From: Spirochaetia bacterium
Lineage (GTDB): Bacteria; Spirochaetota; Spirochaetia; DSM-2461
Reading direction: 5' to 3'
NCBI GenBank assembly: GCA_963666985.2
Contig: CAXXIA010000002.1
Location: 2,976,001 to 3,040,000, forward strand
DNA: 64,000 nt
Of this stretch, positions 9,524-19,979 are shown piece after piece. The translations under genes and the position numbers were made by a program. Numbering within the stretch: the first letter of the stretch is position 1; each line of letters begins with the position of its first letter. Under the pieces are notes generated by a model. The model made no database searches. It saw only the letters and a list, made by a program, of their open reading frames with translations, and was not told where the DNA came from.

Positions 9524-10504
9524 ATGGCGGATACGGAATTAATAAGAATTGAAATCTCGAATGAATATAATGTCTGTGTTCTTACAAAACCAATCCCTGA
9601 ATTGAAGCCGACTCAAGCATTGGCTAAAACTCGATATTCCCTTATAAGTCCCGGAACGGAGCTGGCAATATATCAGGGAACACATACAGGGCTGAAAGAT
9701 AAAGAGAACCACTGGGCTTCGTTCCCTTTTTCTCCGGGATATGCGGCGGTTGGTGAAGTTGTTCAAGTTGGAGAGGATTGTCAAAGCCTGACCGAAGGAG
9801 ATTTGATTTATTACGAGGGAAATCACGCATCGCATCAGGTTCTTAACGACAGTGATTTCACCGTAAAACTTGATGAGAATCATCCCTTGGAGAAAGTTGT
9901 TTGGGCGCGTTTCGCGCAGATAGCATATACGAGTCTGGCCGTAAATCCGGAGAAGCCGCCGGAAGTGCTGATTTTCGGGGCTGGAATGATTGGAAATCTC
10001 GCGGCTCAGCTCAGCAGGGAGATTTGTAAGAACCGAGCGTTTATTACCGACATTGTGGAATCGCGTCTGTCGATTGCCGAGAAGTGCGGCATTATGGTAT
10101 CAAGATCCTCTGATAATGATAAGAAATGGCCATGTATTATCGATGCGACAGGCTTGCCTTCAATGATTTCTCCGGAGCTGAACTTGTTGGAGAAAGAAGG
10201 AACTTTGATTCTCTTGGGATCAACTCGGGGGAATCTTGCTGATTTTGATCTCTATAATTTAATTCATAGAAAATGCAGCCGAATTCTTGGAGCTCATGAA
10301 TCTTTTATTTCTCCGGAACAAAAATCCATCAAGAGAAATAAGCGGCTTATTGTCGAGAAACTGATTAACCTTATCGCGGAAGACCGGATTATTGTCGCGC
10401 CTTTAGTAACGCATTCGATTACATGCAATGAAATCAAAGACGCCTATGAGGGGTTAATTAACGAGAAAGAAAAATATATGGGTGTTCTTATCAGGTGGGA
10501 ATAA
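9524..10504 (+). CDS. Medium-chain (Zn-ADH-like) dehydrogenase, sugar catabolism type
   Basis: SLISPGTE, PGYAAVG.V, Rossmann motif FGAGMIG, IIDATG. Confidence 0.85.
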   Translation: MADTELIRIEISNEYNVCVLTKPIPELKPTQALAKTRYSLISPGTELAIYQGTHTGLKDKENHWASFPFSPGYAAVGEVVQVGEDCQSLTEGDLIYYEGNHASHQVLNDSDFTVKLDENHPLEKVVWARFAQIAYTSLAVNPEKPPEVLIFGAGMIGNLAAQLSREICKNRAFITDIVESRLSIAEKCGIMVSRSSDNDKKWPCIIDATGLPSMISPELNLLEKEGTLILLGSTRGNLADFDLYNLIHRKCSRILGAHESFISPEQKSIKRNKRLIVEKLINLIAEDRIIVAPLVTHSITCNEIKDAYEGLINEKEKYMGVLIRWE

Positions 10505-12206
10505 TCTTCTTATGATTCTACGGCGTTCTCTCTCAACAATCTTAAGAAATCTGACAATAAAAAAACGTTTGAGAATGTCATACTATCTATTGTCCATTGT
10601 CCCTATTCTTATTTTAGTTACTATTTTTTATGTATACGGTTATAGAAATCTGAAAGTTAACAATACGGTCTATACATCGAATATGCTGGGCCAGATTAAA
10701 GAACGATTTGATTTCTATATGATTAAGCACATCGAAATTTGTGTGAAGATTTCCATGGATAAAAGCCTTATTCGGTTTCTTAAAGAATACGAGGTTTCGG
10801 ATGAAAATCGGGCGGGATATATAAGAAAAGAAATTTACGATTACATTGTCAATAATACAGGATATTCTTTCGAACCCATTTTTCTTGAAATTTATAAGGA
10901 TGGTGCTCCGATTATAAGTGAACCGCATCCTCTGATTTCGAATGAGTTTTACTCGGCCCATGTTTTTCCGGCACTTTCCGATGGATTGTACCATAATGCT
11001 TATTTTATTTATGAAGGTGCGGAAACCGAAGGGAAAGCGTATTCAAAATATATTCTGATCGTTCGAAATATCATGGAGATCGGGCGGACGAAAATTCATG
11101 GTCAGGTAATTTATGGACTGATCAGTCCTTTCTCCATATCGGCGGACGACAAGGAAAATTATTTCTACGTTGCGGATGACTCACACCGGAAGCTCCTCGC
11201 GTTGTCTCAGGACCGGCAAAATAAAATACCGGAATTGTTTGATGAAAATCCCCGTGATTATATCAAGCGCAGTGTGATTTCCGAAACGACGGGCTGGACG
11301 ATTTTTGCTCTTACAAATAAACGGGAGGTATTTAAAGAAACCAGAATCGTTTCGATTACGGCCATAATAATTATTGTTGCTATTTTAGTAATGGTTTCCA
11401 TGCTTTTTTCATTCGTTACGAATTCAATTGATATCCCACTTAGAGTTCTCTCCGAGAAATTGGAGAAATACATCTCATCGGGGTATGTTTCGGATTTATC
11501 AGTCAGCGGTCATGACGAATTGGCGAAAATATCTCAAGATTTTGGACGTATTCTTCATCGATATAATATACTCAATAAAAAGTTTGAGCATTCCGAGAGA
11601 GCTTATAAATCGGAACATTTCAATTATCTTCAATCCCAAGTCAATCCGCATTTTCTCTATAATGCACTCGATTCTATAAACTGGATGGCATACCTGAATC
11701 AAAATCAACAGATTTATTCGGTTGTAAAGAATCTATCAACGTATTTCCGGCTCCTTTTGAATAACGGGAAGGATATTTATCCGTTGGAAACGGAGATACG
11801 GCTTATAGAAAGCTACTTGGAGATTGTGAACTCAACAAGGAATGAGAACATCAACTGCCATTTCGATATCGCAGAGGAATGTAAGAGTGCTTATATCTTG
11901 AAGCTCATGATTCAGCCTTTGGTTGAGAATTCGATTAAACATGCCTTTCAAGATGAAACGGATTGCCACATATACGTTTCCGCGATAAAAAAAGTCGGAT
12001 TTCTAGAAATCCAAGTTTCCGATAACGGTTCGGGGCCCAAAAAAATTCCGTTTGAGTTAAAAGAAAGTGATTTCGGTTTATCAAATATCGCTGAAAGGAT
12101 TCATCTATTTTATGGTAACCGTTCCGACATAAGTTTCGGGAAAGATCGTCGGTACGGAGGCTTCCAAATCACCATTACCATACCCTTCAAACCGGATGAG
12201 AGTTAG
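10482..12206 (+). CDS. YesM-like sensor histidine kinase
   Basis: 2 TM helices, HAMP, LQSQVNPHFLYNALD, IQPLVENSIKH, DNGSG, FGLSNI. True start may be ATG 10512. Confidence 0.92.
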   Translation: MFLSGGNNLLMILRRSLSTILRNLTIKKRLRMSYYLLSIVPILILVTIFYVYGYRNLKVNNTVYTSNMLGQIKERFDFYMIKHIEICVKISMDKSLIRFLKEYEVSDENRAGYIRKEIYDYIVNNTGYSFEPIFLEIYKDGAPIISEPHPLISNEFYSAHVFPALSDGLYHNAYFIYEGAETEGKAYSKYILIVRNIMEIGRTKIHGQVIYGLISPFSISADDKENYFYVADDSHRKLLALSQDRQNKIPELFDENPRDYIKRSVISETTGWTIFALTNKREVFKETRIVSITAIIIIVAILVMVSMLFSFVTNSIDIPLRVLSEKLEKYISSGYVSDLSVSGHDELAKISQDFGRILHRYNILNKKFEHSERAYKSEHFNYLQSQVNPHFLYNALDSINWMAYLNQNQQIYSVVKNLSTYFRLLLNNGKDIYPLETEIRLIESYLEIVNSTRNENINCHFDIAEECKSAYILKLMIQPLVENSIKHAFQDETDCHIYVSAIKKVGFLEIQVSDNGSGPKKIPFELKESDFGLSNIAERIHLFYGNRSDISFGKDRRYGGFQITITIPFKPDES

Positions 12207-12956
12207 ATGTTCGTTTTTATTGCGGATGATGATAAATATTTAAGGGAAGGAATTGCAACCTTTCTTAAGAAAAGCTATGGCTCCGATGTCTCCGTTAAGA
12301 TGTTTGCCAATGGTGTGGATGCATTGAATGCAATTCGTAAAAATGTGCCGGATGTACTGATTACCGATATTAAAATGCCGCTTCTTGATGGATTAACCCT
12401 TGTTTCTGAGATTGATAAGAATATTCATATTATTATTCTCAGCGCATATCGGGATTTCGAATTCGCGAAGCAGGCCATTTCTTTGAGAGTTGATGCGTTT
12501 ATTACAAAACCGATTGATCTTGATGAACTGGGGGCGAGTTTTGAGCAAATCTATCGTGATTTGTCCTGTATGAAAAATTCGTGTTCCGGATTAAGCATTC
12601 TTTTGGATGAACATTGTCATGCCGGAAAGGAAAACTCGATTATTCAGAGAATCTATGACCTAACGAAAGAAGAGAAAGGGAATATCTCATTGAATCTATT
12701 AAGTTCCGAATTATCAATGAACTCTTCCTACTTGAGCGTTGTTTTTAAAGAAAAGACGGGTAAGAATTTTAATCGGTGGCTTCGGGAAATTAAGGCGACC
12801 GTGGCGAAATACTATTTAAAAGAAACTTCTCGGACGATTTATCAGATTAGTGAAATTCTGGGATATTGTGACGCCAAAAGCTTTTCCGGTATGTTTAAGA
12901 AGGAAACAGGCTATACACCTATTTATTATAGAAAAAAAGTATTATCAAAAGAATAG
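12207..12956 (+). CDS. YesN-like response regulator (REC + AraC HTH)
   Basis: IADDD, ITDIKMP, FITKP; C-terminal SYLS..FK..TG and LGY.D...FS..FKK.TG. Confidence 0.93.
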   Translation: MFVFIADDDKYLREGIATFLKKSYGSDVSVKMFANGVDALNAIRKNVPDVLITDIKMPLLDGLTLVSEIDKNIHIIILSAYRDFEFAKQAISLRVDAFITKPIDLDELGASFEQIYRDLSCMKNSCSGLSILLDEHCHAGKENSIIQRIYDLTKEEKGNISLNLLSSELSMNSSYLSVVFKEKTGKNFNRWLREIKATVAKYYLKETSRTIYQISEILGYCDAKSFSGMFKKETGYTPIYYRKKVLSKE

Positions 12957-13042
12957 TTCGCAAAAACTGAATTTATCCTACCTTTTTTAGTATCCGAAAC
13001 AGAGCATAAACTATTTTAAGAAAGTCTTATAGGAGGTTTCAT

Positions 13043-14347
13043 GTGAAAAAAATACTTATGGGTTTTGTTCTGTTATCCCTCGCTGCCGGAATGCTTGCGG
13101 CTTCGGGACAGTCGGATAAAAGCACCGAATCGGCCGTCAAAGAACTGATATTCTGGGACATGGTTTGGGGACCGGCGGATACGTATGCCGAAGCGTCCCG
13201 GCAGGTCGCGGATGAGTTCAATTCGTCACAAGACGGCATCCAAGTAACGGTCCAATCAACGCCATGGAATTCATGGTATGAGAAATTCTTAACGGCGGTA
13301 ACCAGCGGAACCGCTCCTGATGTCGCGACATGCAGTTCGTCGGCGCCATATTTGTTTGGTAATATGGGAGAGCTGCTGGATCTTTCGGACATTGTTCGTG
13401 AATGGAAGGATGATGGAGATATCAATCAGGTGTATTTCGATACCTACAATTATGGAGGTAATCAGTTCGCCATTCCTTGGAACGTCGATACACGCTGCTT
13501 TTATTACAGAACCGATGTTTTTAGCGATTTGGGTATTGATCCGGCGGGAATTAAGACCTGGGATGATTTTCTGGACGCACTGAGAAAGGTCCGGGACAAT
13601 ACGGAACTCATTCCGTTCTCAGTCGCCGGTGCCGATAATATGGCCAAGCATTTCGGTTATCAAATGATGCTCAGCAATGCAATCGGTATGGTTGACCGAG
13701 ATTTAAACGCGGATTTGGACGCCCGTGCGAATATTGAGATTGGTGAATTCTATAACGAACTTGTTAAGGAAGGTCTTATTCTCGACGGAACCATCGGTTA
13801 CAAAGAAACGGATTCACAGCGATTGTATTATCAAGGGGATGCGGCCGTTCTTTTCCATACCGTTGGAACCGAAATCCTTCAGTATTCTGAAATTGCCGAT
13901 AAGTCCGCTATTCTGCCCGTTTTTCACGGCCCGAGCAGCGATACGCCCAGAAATGCGAGTTTCATCAATCCCATCGTTGTTTTCTCGCAATCCGATACAC
14001 CCGATGCGGCAATCTCATTCGTAAAGTGGTGGTCGAAGAACAATACGAAACTGTGGACTGAAGGCCGCGCCAGCAGTATGCCTGTCCGTAACAGCATCCT
14101 GGCCGATCCGTATTTTTCATCCAACTGGGTAATGAAAGAAACAAAAGACTTGCTTTTGCCCTACAACGCATCGGCCGGATTCTACCCATTAAAATCGGAA
14201 TATCCCGGATTCGCGGCGCTGAACGGAGAAAAGTATGCGGCTTTATATTTTCAATCCGTTATCGCGGAAAACGGGAAAGCTGATGTGAAAGGCATTGCTT
14301 CGGATCTCAACGAAAAGATCGGTTCTCTTCTTTTGGAATCCAAGTAA
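13043..14347 (+). CDS. Sugar ABC transporter substrate-binding protein
   Basis: AGGAGG SD with GTG start. Spirochaete-type signal peptide (L.A.G); GTAPDV and AIPWNVDTR..YYRTD family-1 SBP motifs. Confidence 0.9.
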   Translation: MKKILMGFVLLSLAAGMLAASGQSDKSTESAVKELIFWDMVWGPADTYAEASRQVADEFNSSQDGIQVTVQSTPWNSWYEKFLTAVTSGTAPDVATCSSSAPYLFGNMGELLDLSDIVREWKDDGDINQVYFDTYNYGGNQFAIPWNVDTRCFYYRTDVFSDLGIDPAGIKTWDDFLDALRKVRDNTELIPFSVAGADNMAKHFGYQMMLSNAIGMVDRDLNADLDARANIEIGEFYNELVKEGLILDGTIGYKETDSQRLYYQGDAAVLFHTVGTEILQYSEIADKSAILPVFHGPSSDTPRNASFINPIVVFSQSDTPDAAISFVKWWSKNNTKLWTEGRASSMPVRNSILADPYFSSNWVMKETKDLLLPYNASAGFYPLKSEYPGFAALNGEKYAALYFQSVIAENGKADVKGIASDLNEKIGSLLLESK

Positions 14348-14359
14348 TTAATGCTGTCT

Positions 14360-14383
14360 GCCGTAGGGGGACTCCCCTGCGGC
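14360..14383 (+). other. Intercistronic stem-loop between SBP and permease genes (probable mRNA stabiliser or partial terminator)
   Basis: GCCGTAGGGG-GACT-CCCCTGCGGC immediately after the SBP stop, a typical position in sugar ABC operons. Confidence 0.55.
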
Positions 14384-14419
14384 TTATTAAACGCGATCAT
14401 TTCACGAAGGCTTTTATTC

Positions 14420-15310
14420 ATGTTGAGTTCCCAGAAACTGCTTTATAGCCGAAAAATCGGTTACCTTTTCTTATTCTTGCCTTTTTCTATTCTTGCGGTT
14501 ATTCGACTCTATCCGATGCTGAGGGGCATTCTGCTGAGTTTCACCGATTTCAGCCTTCTTTCGCCGAAGGACGTTAATTTCATCGGTTTTCAGAATTTCA
14601 AAAAGGCTCTGACCGGAGATAAAGAATTTTATTCGGTTATCTATTTCAGCGTTCTCTACACATTTTCAGTGGTTTTACTGAGCTATGTTTTCGGTCTGTT
14701 CCTCGCTTTGCTTTTGAATACGGATATTAAGTTGAAAGGATTGTTTCGAGTTTTGATTCTTCTTCCGTGGGTTATCCCTCCCGCGGTCGCCGCGACGAAC
14801 TGGCTATGGCTGCTTAACGATCAAAACGGTCTTATTAATCTTGCATTACTCAGGCTGGGTATAATCGATAGTCCTATTTTGTTTTTCGCCAGTAAGGAAA
14901 TGGCCCGCTTTACCGCGATTATGTTCGGTACTTGGAAGTCCATGCCGTTTATGATGATTGTTCTTTTGTCGGGACTTCAAACGATACCGAGTCATCTGTA
15001 TGAATCGGCGGTTATCGACGGCGCCGGAGTCTTGCGGCAATTCTTTCGAATCACATTACCCCTTCTTCGGAATGTATCAATTGTCTGTATCAGTTTGATG
15101 TTCATTTGGACATTCAATGATTTTGAGCAGATATACCTCCTTACGGAGGGAGGACCGATTAATGCGACGTATGTCCTGCCGATATACTCCTATTTCCTCG
15201 CATTCTTTCGGCTGAAGATGGGTTACTCATCGGCTATTTCCGTCATCGCTTTGTTCTTTCTTTCCATTGTTTCGACAATCAATGTTCGACAGCAGCGGGA
15301 CAATTTTTAG
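14420..15310 (+). CDS. Carbohydrate ABC transporter permease (MalF-like)
   Basis: FIGFQNF and EAA loop GLQTIP..LYESAVIDGA. Start placed at ATG 14420. Confidence 0.92.
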   Translation: MLSSQKLLYSRKIGYLFLFLPFSILAVIRLYPMLRGILLSFTDFSLLSPKDVNFIGFQNFKKALTGDKEFYSVIYFSVLYTFSVVLLSYVFGLFLALLLNTDIKLKGLFRVLILLPWVIPPAVAATNWLWLLNDQNGLINLALLRLGIIDSPILFFASKEMARFTAIMFGTWKSMPFMMIVLLSGLQTIPSHLYESAVIDGAGVLRQFFRITLPLLRNVSIVCISLMFIWTFNDFEQIYLLTEGGPINATYVLPIYSYFLAFFRLKMGYSSAISVIALFFLSIVSTINVRQQRDNF

Positions 15311-15319
15311 GGTGCAATT

Positions 15320-16141
15320 ATGAGTGATCAGCGAAAAATCATCATATATATTTGTCTTATCTCGGCCGTGTTTATTATCAGTCTCCCAACGCTTTCAATG
15401 CTTGGGACATCATTTAAATCCGCCGGGGAGATTTTAACGAGTCATAAACTGCTTCCGAGTCACTTTACAATAGTGAATTATCAGAAGGCCTTGAAGCAGG
15501 CCGGATTCGGAATCAATATCCGGAACAGCCTTATTTATGCGGTTACCGTGACGGCTTTGTGTCTTTTCGTCGCATCCATGGGCGGATACGCGATCTCCCG
15601 ATTTAAGAATCCGGAATTCAGGGGATTCGCGTTTCTTCTTCTCATCTACCAGATGTTTCCCGCGATGCTGTTTATCATTCCTTTGAATCTGCTATTCAAG
15701 AAGCTCGGCCTTCTCGATACCCCCTATTCCGTCATTCTCGGATATCTTTCCTCATCCCTGCCTTTTTCAATTTGGATGCTGAAGGGGTACTTCGACAACA
15801 TTCCCACGAGCATGGAAGAATCGGCGATGATGGACGGCTGCAGTCATTATCAGACTTTGTTCAAGATTATTTATCCTGTTTCACTTCCGGGCATGGCGGC
15901 GGTTGCCATTTTTACGTTTATTCGTGTGTGGAATGAGTATCTTCTCGCCAGCATTCTGCTTCAAAGCGAAAAATATATGACATTGACGGTTGGCCTGCAG
16001 AAATTCGTTCAGGAGTTTCAGATCGACTGGGGAGGCTTGAGTGCGGCGTCATCGTTGTCCATTGTTCCGTCGCTTATTTTCATGCTGTTTTTTCAAAAGT
16101 ACCTCATTTCCGGTTTAACCTCGGGGTCTCTTAAAGGGTAA
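15320..16141 (+). CDS. Carbohydrate ABC transporter permease (MalG-like)
   Basis: IPTSMEESAMMDG EAA loop, WNEYL, C-terminal GL..GSLKG. Confidence 0.93.
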   Translation: MSDQRKIIIYICLISAVFIISLPTLSMLGTSFKSAGEILTSHKLLPSHFTIVNYQKALKQAGFGINIRNSLIYAVTVTALCLFVASMGGYAISRFKNPEFRGFAFLLLIYQMFPAMLFIIPLNLLFKKLGLLDTPYSVILGYLSSSLPFSIWMLKGYFDNIPTSMEESAMMDGCSHYQTLFKIIYPVSLPGMAAVAIFTFIRVWNEYLLASILLQSEKYMTLTVGLQKFVQEFQIDWGGLSAASSLSIVPSLIFMLFFQKYLISGLTSGSLKG

Positions 16142-16202
16142 GGAAAACGCAATTCATGGACGGGCTGAAATCTTATAAGACAAAGAATATAAGGAGAATT
16201 AC

Positions 16203-16991
16203 ATGGTAGAACCCAAATCTCAAATTGCGGTTACGCTGTATGGTCTGCGCGACTTTTGCCGGACTCGAGATGAGTTGGATATGACGGTGGCGAAAGTCAA
16301 AAGCATAGGATATCAAGCTGTTCAGATATCCGGCATCGGTCCGATTTCACCGGAAGAGGTCAGGAGTATTCTGGAAAAACATGATATGTACTGCTGCGCC
16401 ACTCATGAAAATTTGAATGCATATGAAAATCACTTCGACGCGGTTGTTGCGAAAATGAAACTTTGGGATTGTCCGTTTACCGCTCTGGGATATCCGGGTG
16501 ACGATTTCTGGCGTCCGGATGGGGCTTTGGAGTTAGCTCAGCGTCTGCAGGTTATAGGCGATATGTTTCATAAGAAGGGGATTACGTTCGGCTATCACAA
16601 TCATCATCATGAGTTCGTTCGTTATGGAGAAGTCACTTTTCTCGATGAAATTTATCAACGTACCGATGATGTTCTTTTTGCCGAACTCGATACCCATTGG
16701 ATTCAGAGGGGAGGCGGTGATCCCATCTCTTGGATTCGTAAGATGAAAGGGCGGCTGTCGGTGATTCATCTTAAAGATTTTGCCGTTAAAAATGACGATA
16801 AACTGCCGGCGGTTCCCGAATATGCCGAAATCGGCGAGGGGAACCTTCCTTGGCCGGAGATTCTGAAGGCCGGGGAGGAGTGCGGAGTTCGGTGGTATGT
16901 TGTCGAGCAGGATGAACCTCGTATGGGGCGGGATATTTTCGATTCAATACGGATTTCGTTTGAGAACCTTCGAAATTTCGGTTTGAATTAG
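16203..16991 (+). CDS. Sugar phosphate isomerase/epimerase (xylose-isomerase-like TIM barrel)
   Basis: GYHNHHHEF, ELDTHW, IHLKD, VEQD; AAGGAG SD. Confidence 0.9.
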   Translation: MVEPKSQIAVTLYGLRDFCRTRDELDMTVAKVKSIGYQAVQISGIGPISPEEVRSILEKHDMYCCATHENLNAYENHFDAVVAKMKLWDCPFTALGYPGDDFWRPDGALELAQRLQVIGDMFHKKGITFGYHNHHHEFVRYGEVTFLDEIYQRTDDVLFAELDTHWIQRGGGDPISWIRKMKGRLSVIHLKDFAVKNDDKLPAVPEYAEIGEGNLPWPEILKAGEECGVRWYVVEQDEPRMGRDIFDSIRISFENLRNFGLN

Positions 16992-17137
16992 TGCCCCATA
17001 CGCGCCTCGGCACGGCGGAATCGTGATGCGGCGAGAGTTGTGCCGAGAAATCAGGCGAGTGATCTTTCCGATACCCGCAATATGAACCGCGAGAACCAAT
17101 AGTGCACTGATTGGACAATCGGTCTACACTGCCCCTT

Positions 17138-19207
17138 ATGTCCTCCCGGCGAATCCTTATCCATACGGCGCTGTTGGCCGAAGCTCGGCCTTTCATCGAT
17201 TTTTTCGGCTTGAAGCAGTACGAAACCAAGCCGTTCAAGGTTTTTCGAGGGAATGGCGTAACGCTGGTTGTATCCGGTGTGGGCGCGGAGAAAACGAAGG
17301 CTGCCCTGGCGTTTGTTCTGGAAAAAGCCGCTTCCGACGGTGCGGGTTTTAGCGCTGCCGTGAACGCCGGAATCGTCGGATGTTCCGATCCTTCGATTCC
17401 TTTGGGAAGTTTGTTTTGTGTTCGGGGAGAGAACGGCGGGATTCCCGTTTTGCCGCTTGTCTCGGTCGATACGCCCGCTCTTCGGGAGCAGGTGAGCTTC
17501 TTCGAACCGACTCTGGTGGATATGGAGGCCGGCGCCTTTCTGGAAGCCGTTACGTCGGAAGTCGTCGGCGAGGTTAGGGGAGATGATTCGCTCGGAAGCG
17601 CTGATGCGGCCGGCGGCGTTGGGGCGCCTGATGAAGAACTTCCGGGGCACGGCCAATCGGCCGGGACGAACGGTAAATCCGCTCCGCGCATCAATCCCGA
17701 TAAAATCTGGATTTTTAAGGTGACTTCCGATTATCTCAGCGATGAGATTCTGCCGAAGGAACGGGTTCGTGAGCTGATCGAAGGTGCGATGGAATGGATC
17801 GCTATGGCCGTGCCGGGGGATTCAAAACTGGACGGACTGATGGATGTTTCGGGATACCGCAGGATGCATCCGGCCGATCGTTTTGCCCTTTGGCGGGTTG
17901 CGCGGGAATTCGCCAAAGGTAAAAAAACGAACGATACCGACGGCAGTCACGGCGGCTCCCGGCAGGCGCGTGTGTCGAAGATGTCCTTTCAGGAACTCCG
18001 GCTTCTTATCGATATGGCACTGGATTTCCGTCAGTGGGGTGAGACGCCGCTCTGCGAACTGATCGGCGGCGAGGGGGATGGGGCGGCCGCCATTGAGACC
18101 GGTACCGCCATAAAGCATTCGACCGCCGACAGCATAGGATCTGCCGCGAAGTACACAGCCGCTGAGTCCCCCTATAAACGCATCCGCGCAACTTGGGAAA
18201 ACCTGCGCAGCGCCCCCAAGTCCTATCGCGGCTTTACCGGACAAATCCCCGAAGATCTGAAGAAACTGGAAATCCGCAGCGCTCAAACCCCGCCCGGACT
18301 GGGACACTGCCCGGTGGAATCGGAAGGCACCCGATGCTGCCGTCTGACCACCCTGGACGTGGTGGAGGGCTGCGCCTTCAACTGTAGCTACTGCGCGATT
18401 CGCGGTTTTTACAGTTCGGACCGAATCACCTTCCATGAACACCTTGCGGAAAAATTGGAGAAGCTCGATCTGGATCCGAAAATCACCTATCACATCGGCA
18501 CCGGGCAGTCCTCCGATTCCCTGCTCTGGGGAAACCGCTGCGGCCTCCTGGACGACCTCTTCCAGTTTGCCGTCTCTCATCCCAGTGTGATTCTGGAACT
18601 CAAAACCAAAGCGGCGGACATTACCTCTCTGGCGGACCGCTCCATCCCGCCCAACGTCCTTTGCACCTGGTCGCTGAACACACCCACAATCATTGAAAAT
18701 GAAGAACACGGCGGCGCCGATCTTCCCTCCCGACTGGACGCGGCCCGCGCCGTCGCCGACAAGGGCACTCTGGTCGGCTTTCATTTTCATCCCATCGTGG
18801 ATTATGAAGGCGGCCGGGAGGAATACGCACAAATCATCAAGCAACTCATCACCCGCTTTAAACCCGAAGAAATCGCCATGATCTCCTTCGGCACGCTCAC
18901 CTTCACCAAGCCGGTGATTCGCGCCCTGCGCGAGAGAGGCGGCCGCAGCAAAGTTCTCCAAATGCCGATGTCCGAAATCGCCGGAAAGTTCTCCTATCCC
19001 TTCGATGTGAAAAAAGAAATGTTCGCCCACGCCTACCGCGCCTTCGCCGAGTGGCACGGAAAAGTCTTCTTCTATCTCTGCATGGAAGATGTTGAGCTCT
19101 GGGAGCCGTGCCTGGGGCATTCCTATCCGAACAACGAAGCCTTCGAATCCGCGATGATTCAGGCCTACAAGGACAAAATCGATGAAAAACGTCTATCTCA
19201 CCGGTAG
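17138..19207 (+). CDS. Fusion of a nucleoside phosphorylase/nucleosidase-like domain and a spore photoproduct lyase (SPL)-family radical SAM domain
   Basis: N-terminal IHTALLAEARP, VSGVG, NAGIVG, LVDMEA, KVTSD (PNP/MTAN fold). C-terminal CAFNCSYC (CxxxCxxC), IGTGQSSDSL, ELKTK, GFHFHPI, YLCME. Confidence 0.85.
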   Translation: MSSRRILIHTALLAEARPFIDFFGLKQYETKPFKVFRGNGVTLVVSGVGAEKTKAALAFVLEKAASDGAGFSAAVNAGIVGCSDPSIPLGSLFCVRGENGGIPVLPLVSVDTPALREQVSFFEPTLVDMEAGAFLEAVTSEVVGEVRGDDSLGSADAAGGVGAPDEELPGHGQSAGTNGKSAPRINPDKIWIFKVTSDYLSDEILPKERVRELIEGAMEWIAMAVPGDSKLDGLMDVSGYRRMHPADRFALWRVAREFAKGKKTNDTDGSHGGSRQARVSKMSFQELRLLIDMALDFRQWGETPLCELIGGEGDGAAAIETGTAIKHSTADSIGSAAKYTAAESPYKRIRATWENLRSAPKSYRGFTGQIPEDLKKLEIRSAQTPPGLGHCPVESEGTRCCRLTTLDVVEGCAFNCSYCAIRGFYSSDRITFHEHLAEKLEKLDLDPKITYHIGTGQSSDSLLWGNRCGLLDDLFQFAVSHPSVILELKTKAADITSLADRSIPPNVLCTWSLNTPTIIENEEHGGADLPSRLDAARAVADKGTLVGFHFHPIVDYEGGREEYAQIIKQLITRFKPEEIAMISFGTLTFTKPVIRALRERGGRSKVLQMPMSEIAGKFSYPFDVKKEMFAHAYRAFAEWHGKVFFYLCMEDVELWEPCLGHSYPNNEAFESAMIQAYKDKIDEKRLSHR

Positions 19208-19826
19208 CACAGGCGGTATCGGACGCGCCCTCTTTGCTCTCCTGGAAACCTCCGGCTATAACGTGATTCGGGTAACAAGCCGGCTGGAGGATACGGAGGC
19301 TCTGACGAAGGAAGTGACTGATCTCCTGAAGGCTCATCCGGCGGATGTTCTGATTAACTGTGCGGGCTTCGGCGTTTTTCGCCCCCATGAGGAAATCCCC
19401 GTTGAAACCATCACAAAGCTGATCGCGGTGAATCTGACCGCTCCGATGATTTTGAGCAAGCTTTGCTTGCGACCCCTCAAAGCCCGGCGGGGTGCCATCG
19501 TCAACATAACCTCGGTGGAGGCCACCCGGCACGCCCGCAATTCCGCGCTCTACACCGCGGCCAAAGCGGGCCTTCGGCACTTTTCCCTGGCCCTCTTCGA
19601 AGAAGTCCGCCGCGCCGGAGTCCGCGTTACCTCCGTTAACCCAGGAATCACCCGGTCCGGCTTCTTTACCGACCTGGATTTCGAGCCCCGAGAGGATGCC
19701 GACTATGCCCTGGAACCGGAAGAGGTTGCCCGCCAGGTTCTGGCCGTTCTGGAATCCGAAGCGGCCGTTACCGATGTAACCATCCTGCCGCAGAAAGAAG
19801 GCGTGGAGCGTAAAAAAAGGCCATGA
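19182..19826 (+). CDS. SDR family oxidoreductase
   Basis: TGSTGGIG, NCAG, YTAAK (YxxxK). Overlaps the upstream gene. Confidence 0.93.
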   Translation: MKNVYLTGSTGGIGRALFALLETSGYNVIRVTSRLEDTEALTKEVTDLLKAHPADVLINCAGFGVFRPHEEIPVETITKLIAVNLTAPMILSKLCLRPLKARRGAIVNITSVEATRHARNSALYTAAKAGLRHFSLALFEEVRRAGVRVTSVNPGITRSGFFTDLDFEPREDADYALEPEEVARQVLAVLESEAAVTDVTILPQKEGVERKKRP

Positions 19827-19839
19827 GAAATTTAATAAA

Positions 19840-19979
19840 GGCTCAATGGAAAAATTGTGGATTTGTGTTCGGAAGCAAGGCCACCGGAGCGCAGAAAGCG
19901 CAAAGTAGTAGAGCTACATGAGCATTTCGAGCACCGCTGAACGCAGCCTACGGACCAAAGGCGCATTTTTACATGAGCC
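19840..19979. mobile_element. 140-bp MITE/REP-like palindromic element
   Basis: Imperfect terminal inverted repeats of about 38 bp (left GGCTCAATGGAAAAATTGTG..., right end reverse-complemented GGCTCATGTAAAAATGCG...) and a nested internal hairpin (GTAG-TAGAG-CTAC). No target-site duplication seen. Confidence 0.55.

Noticed and set aside
9435..16989. TTGAATT at both ends of the AT-rich island as a possible att site or target duplication
   Set aside because: Only 7 bp, AT-rich, overlapping gene ends, with no integrase or tRNA nearby; likely chance.
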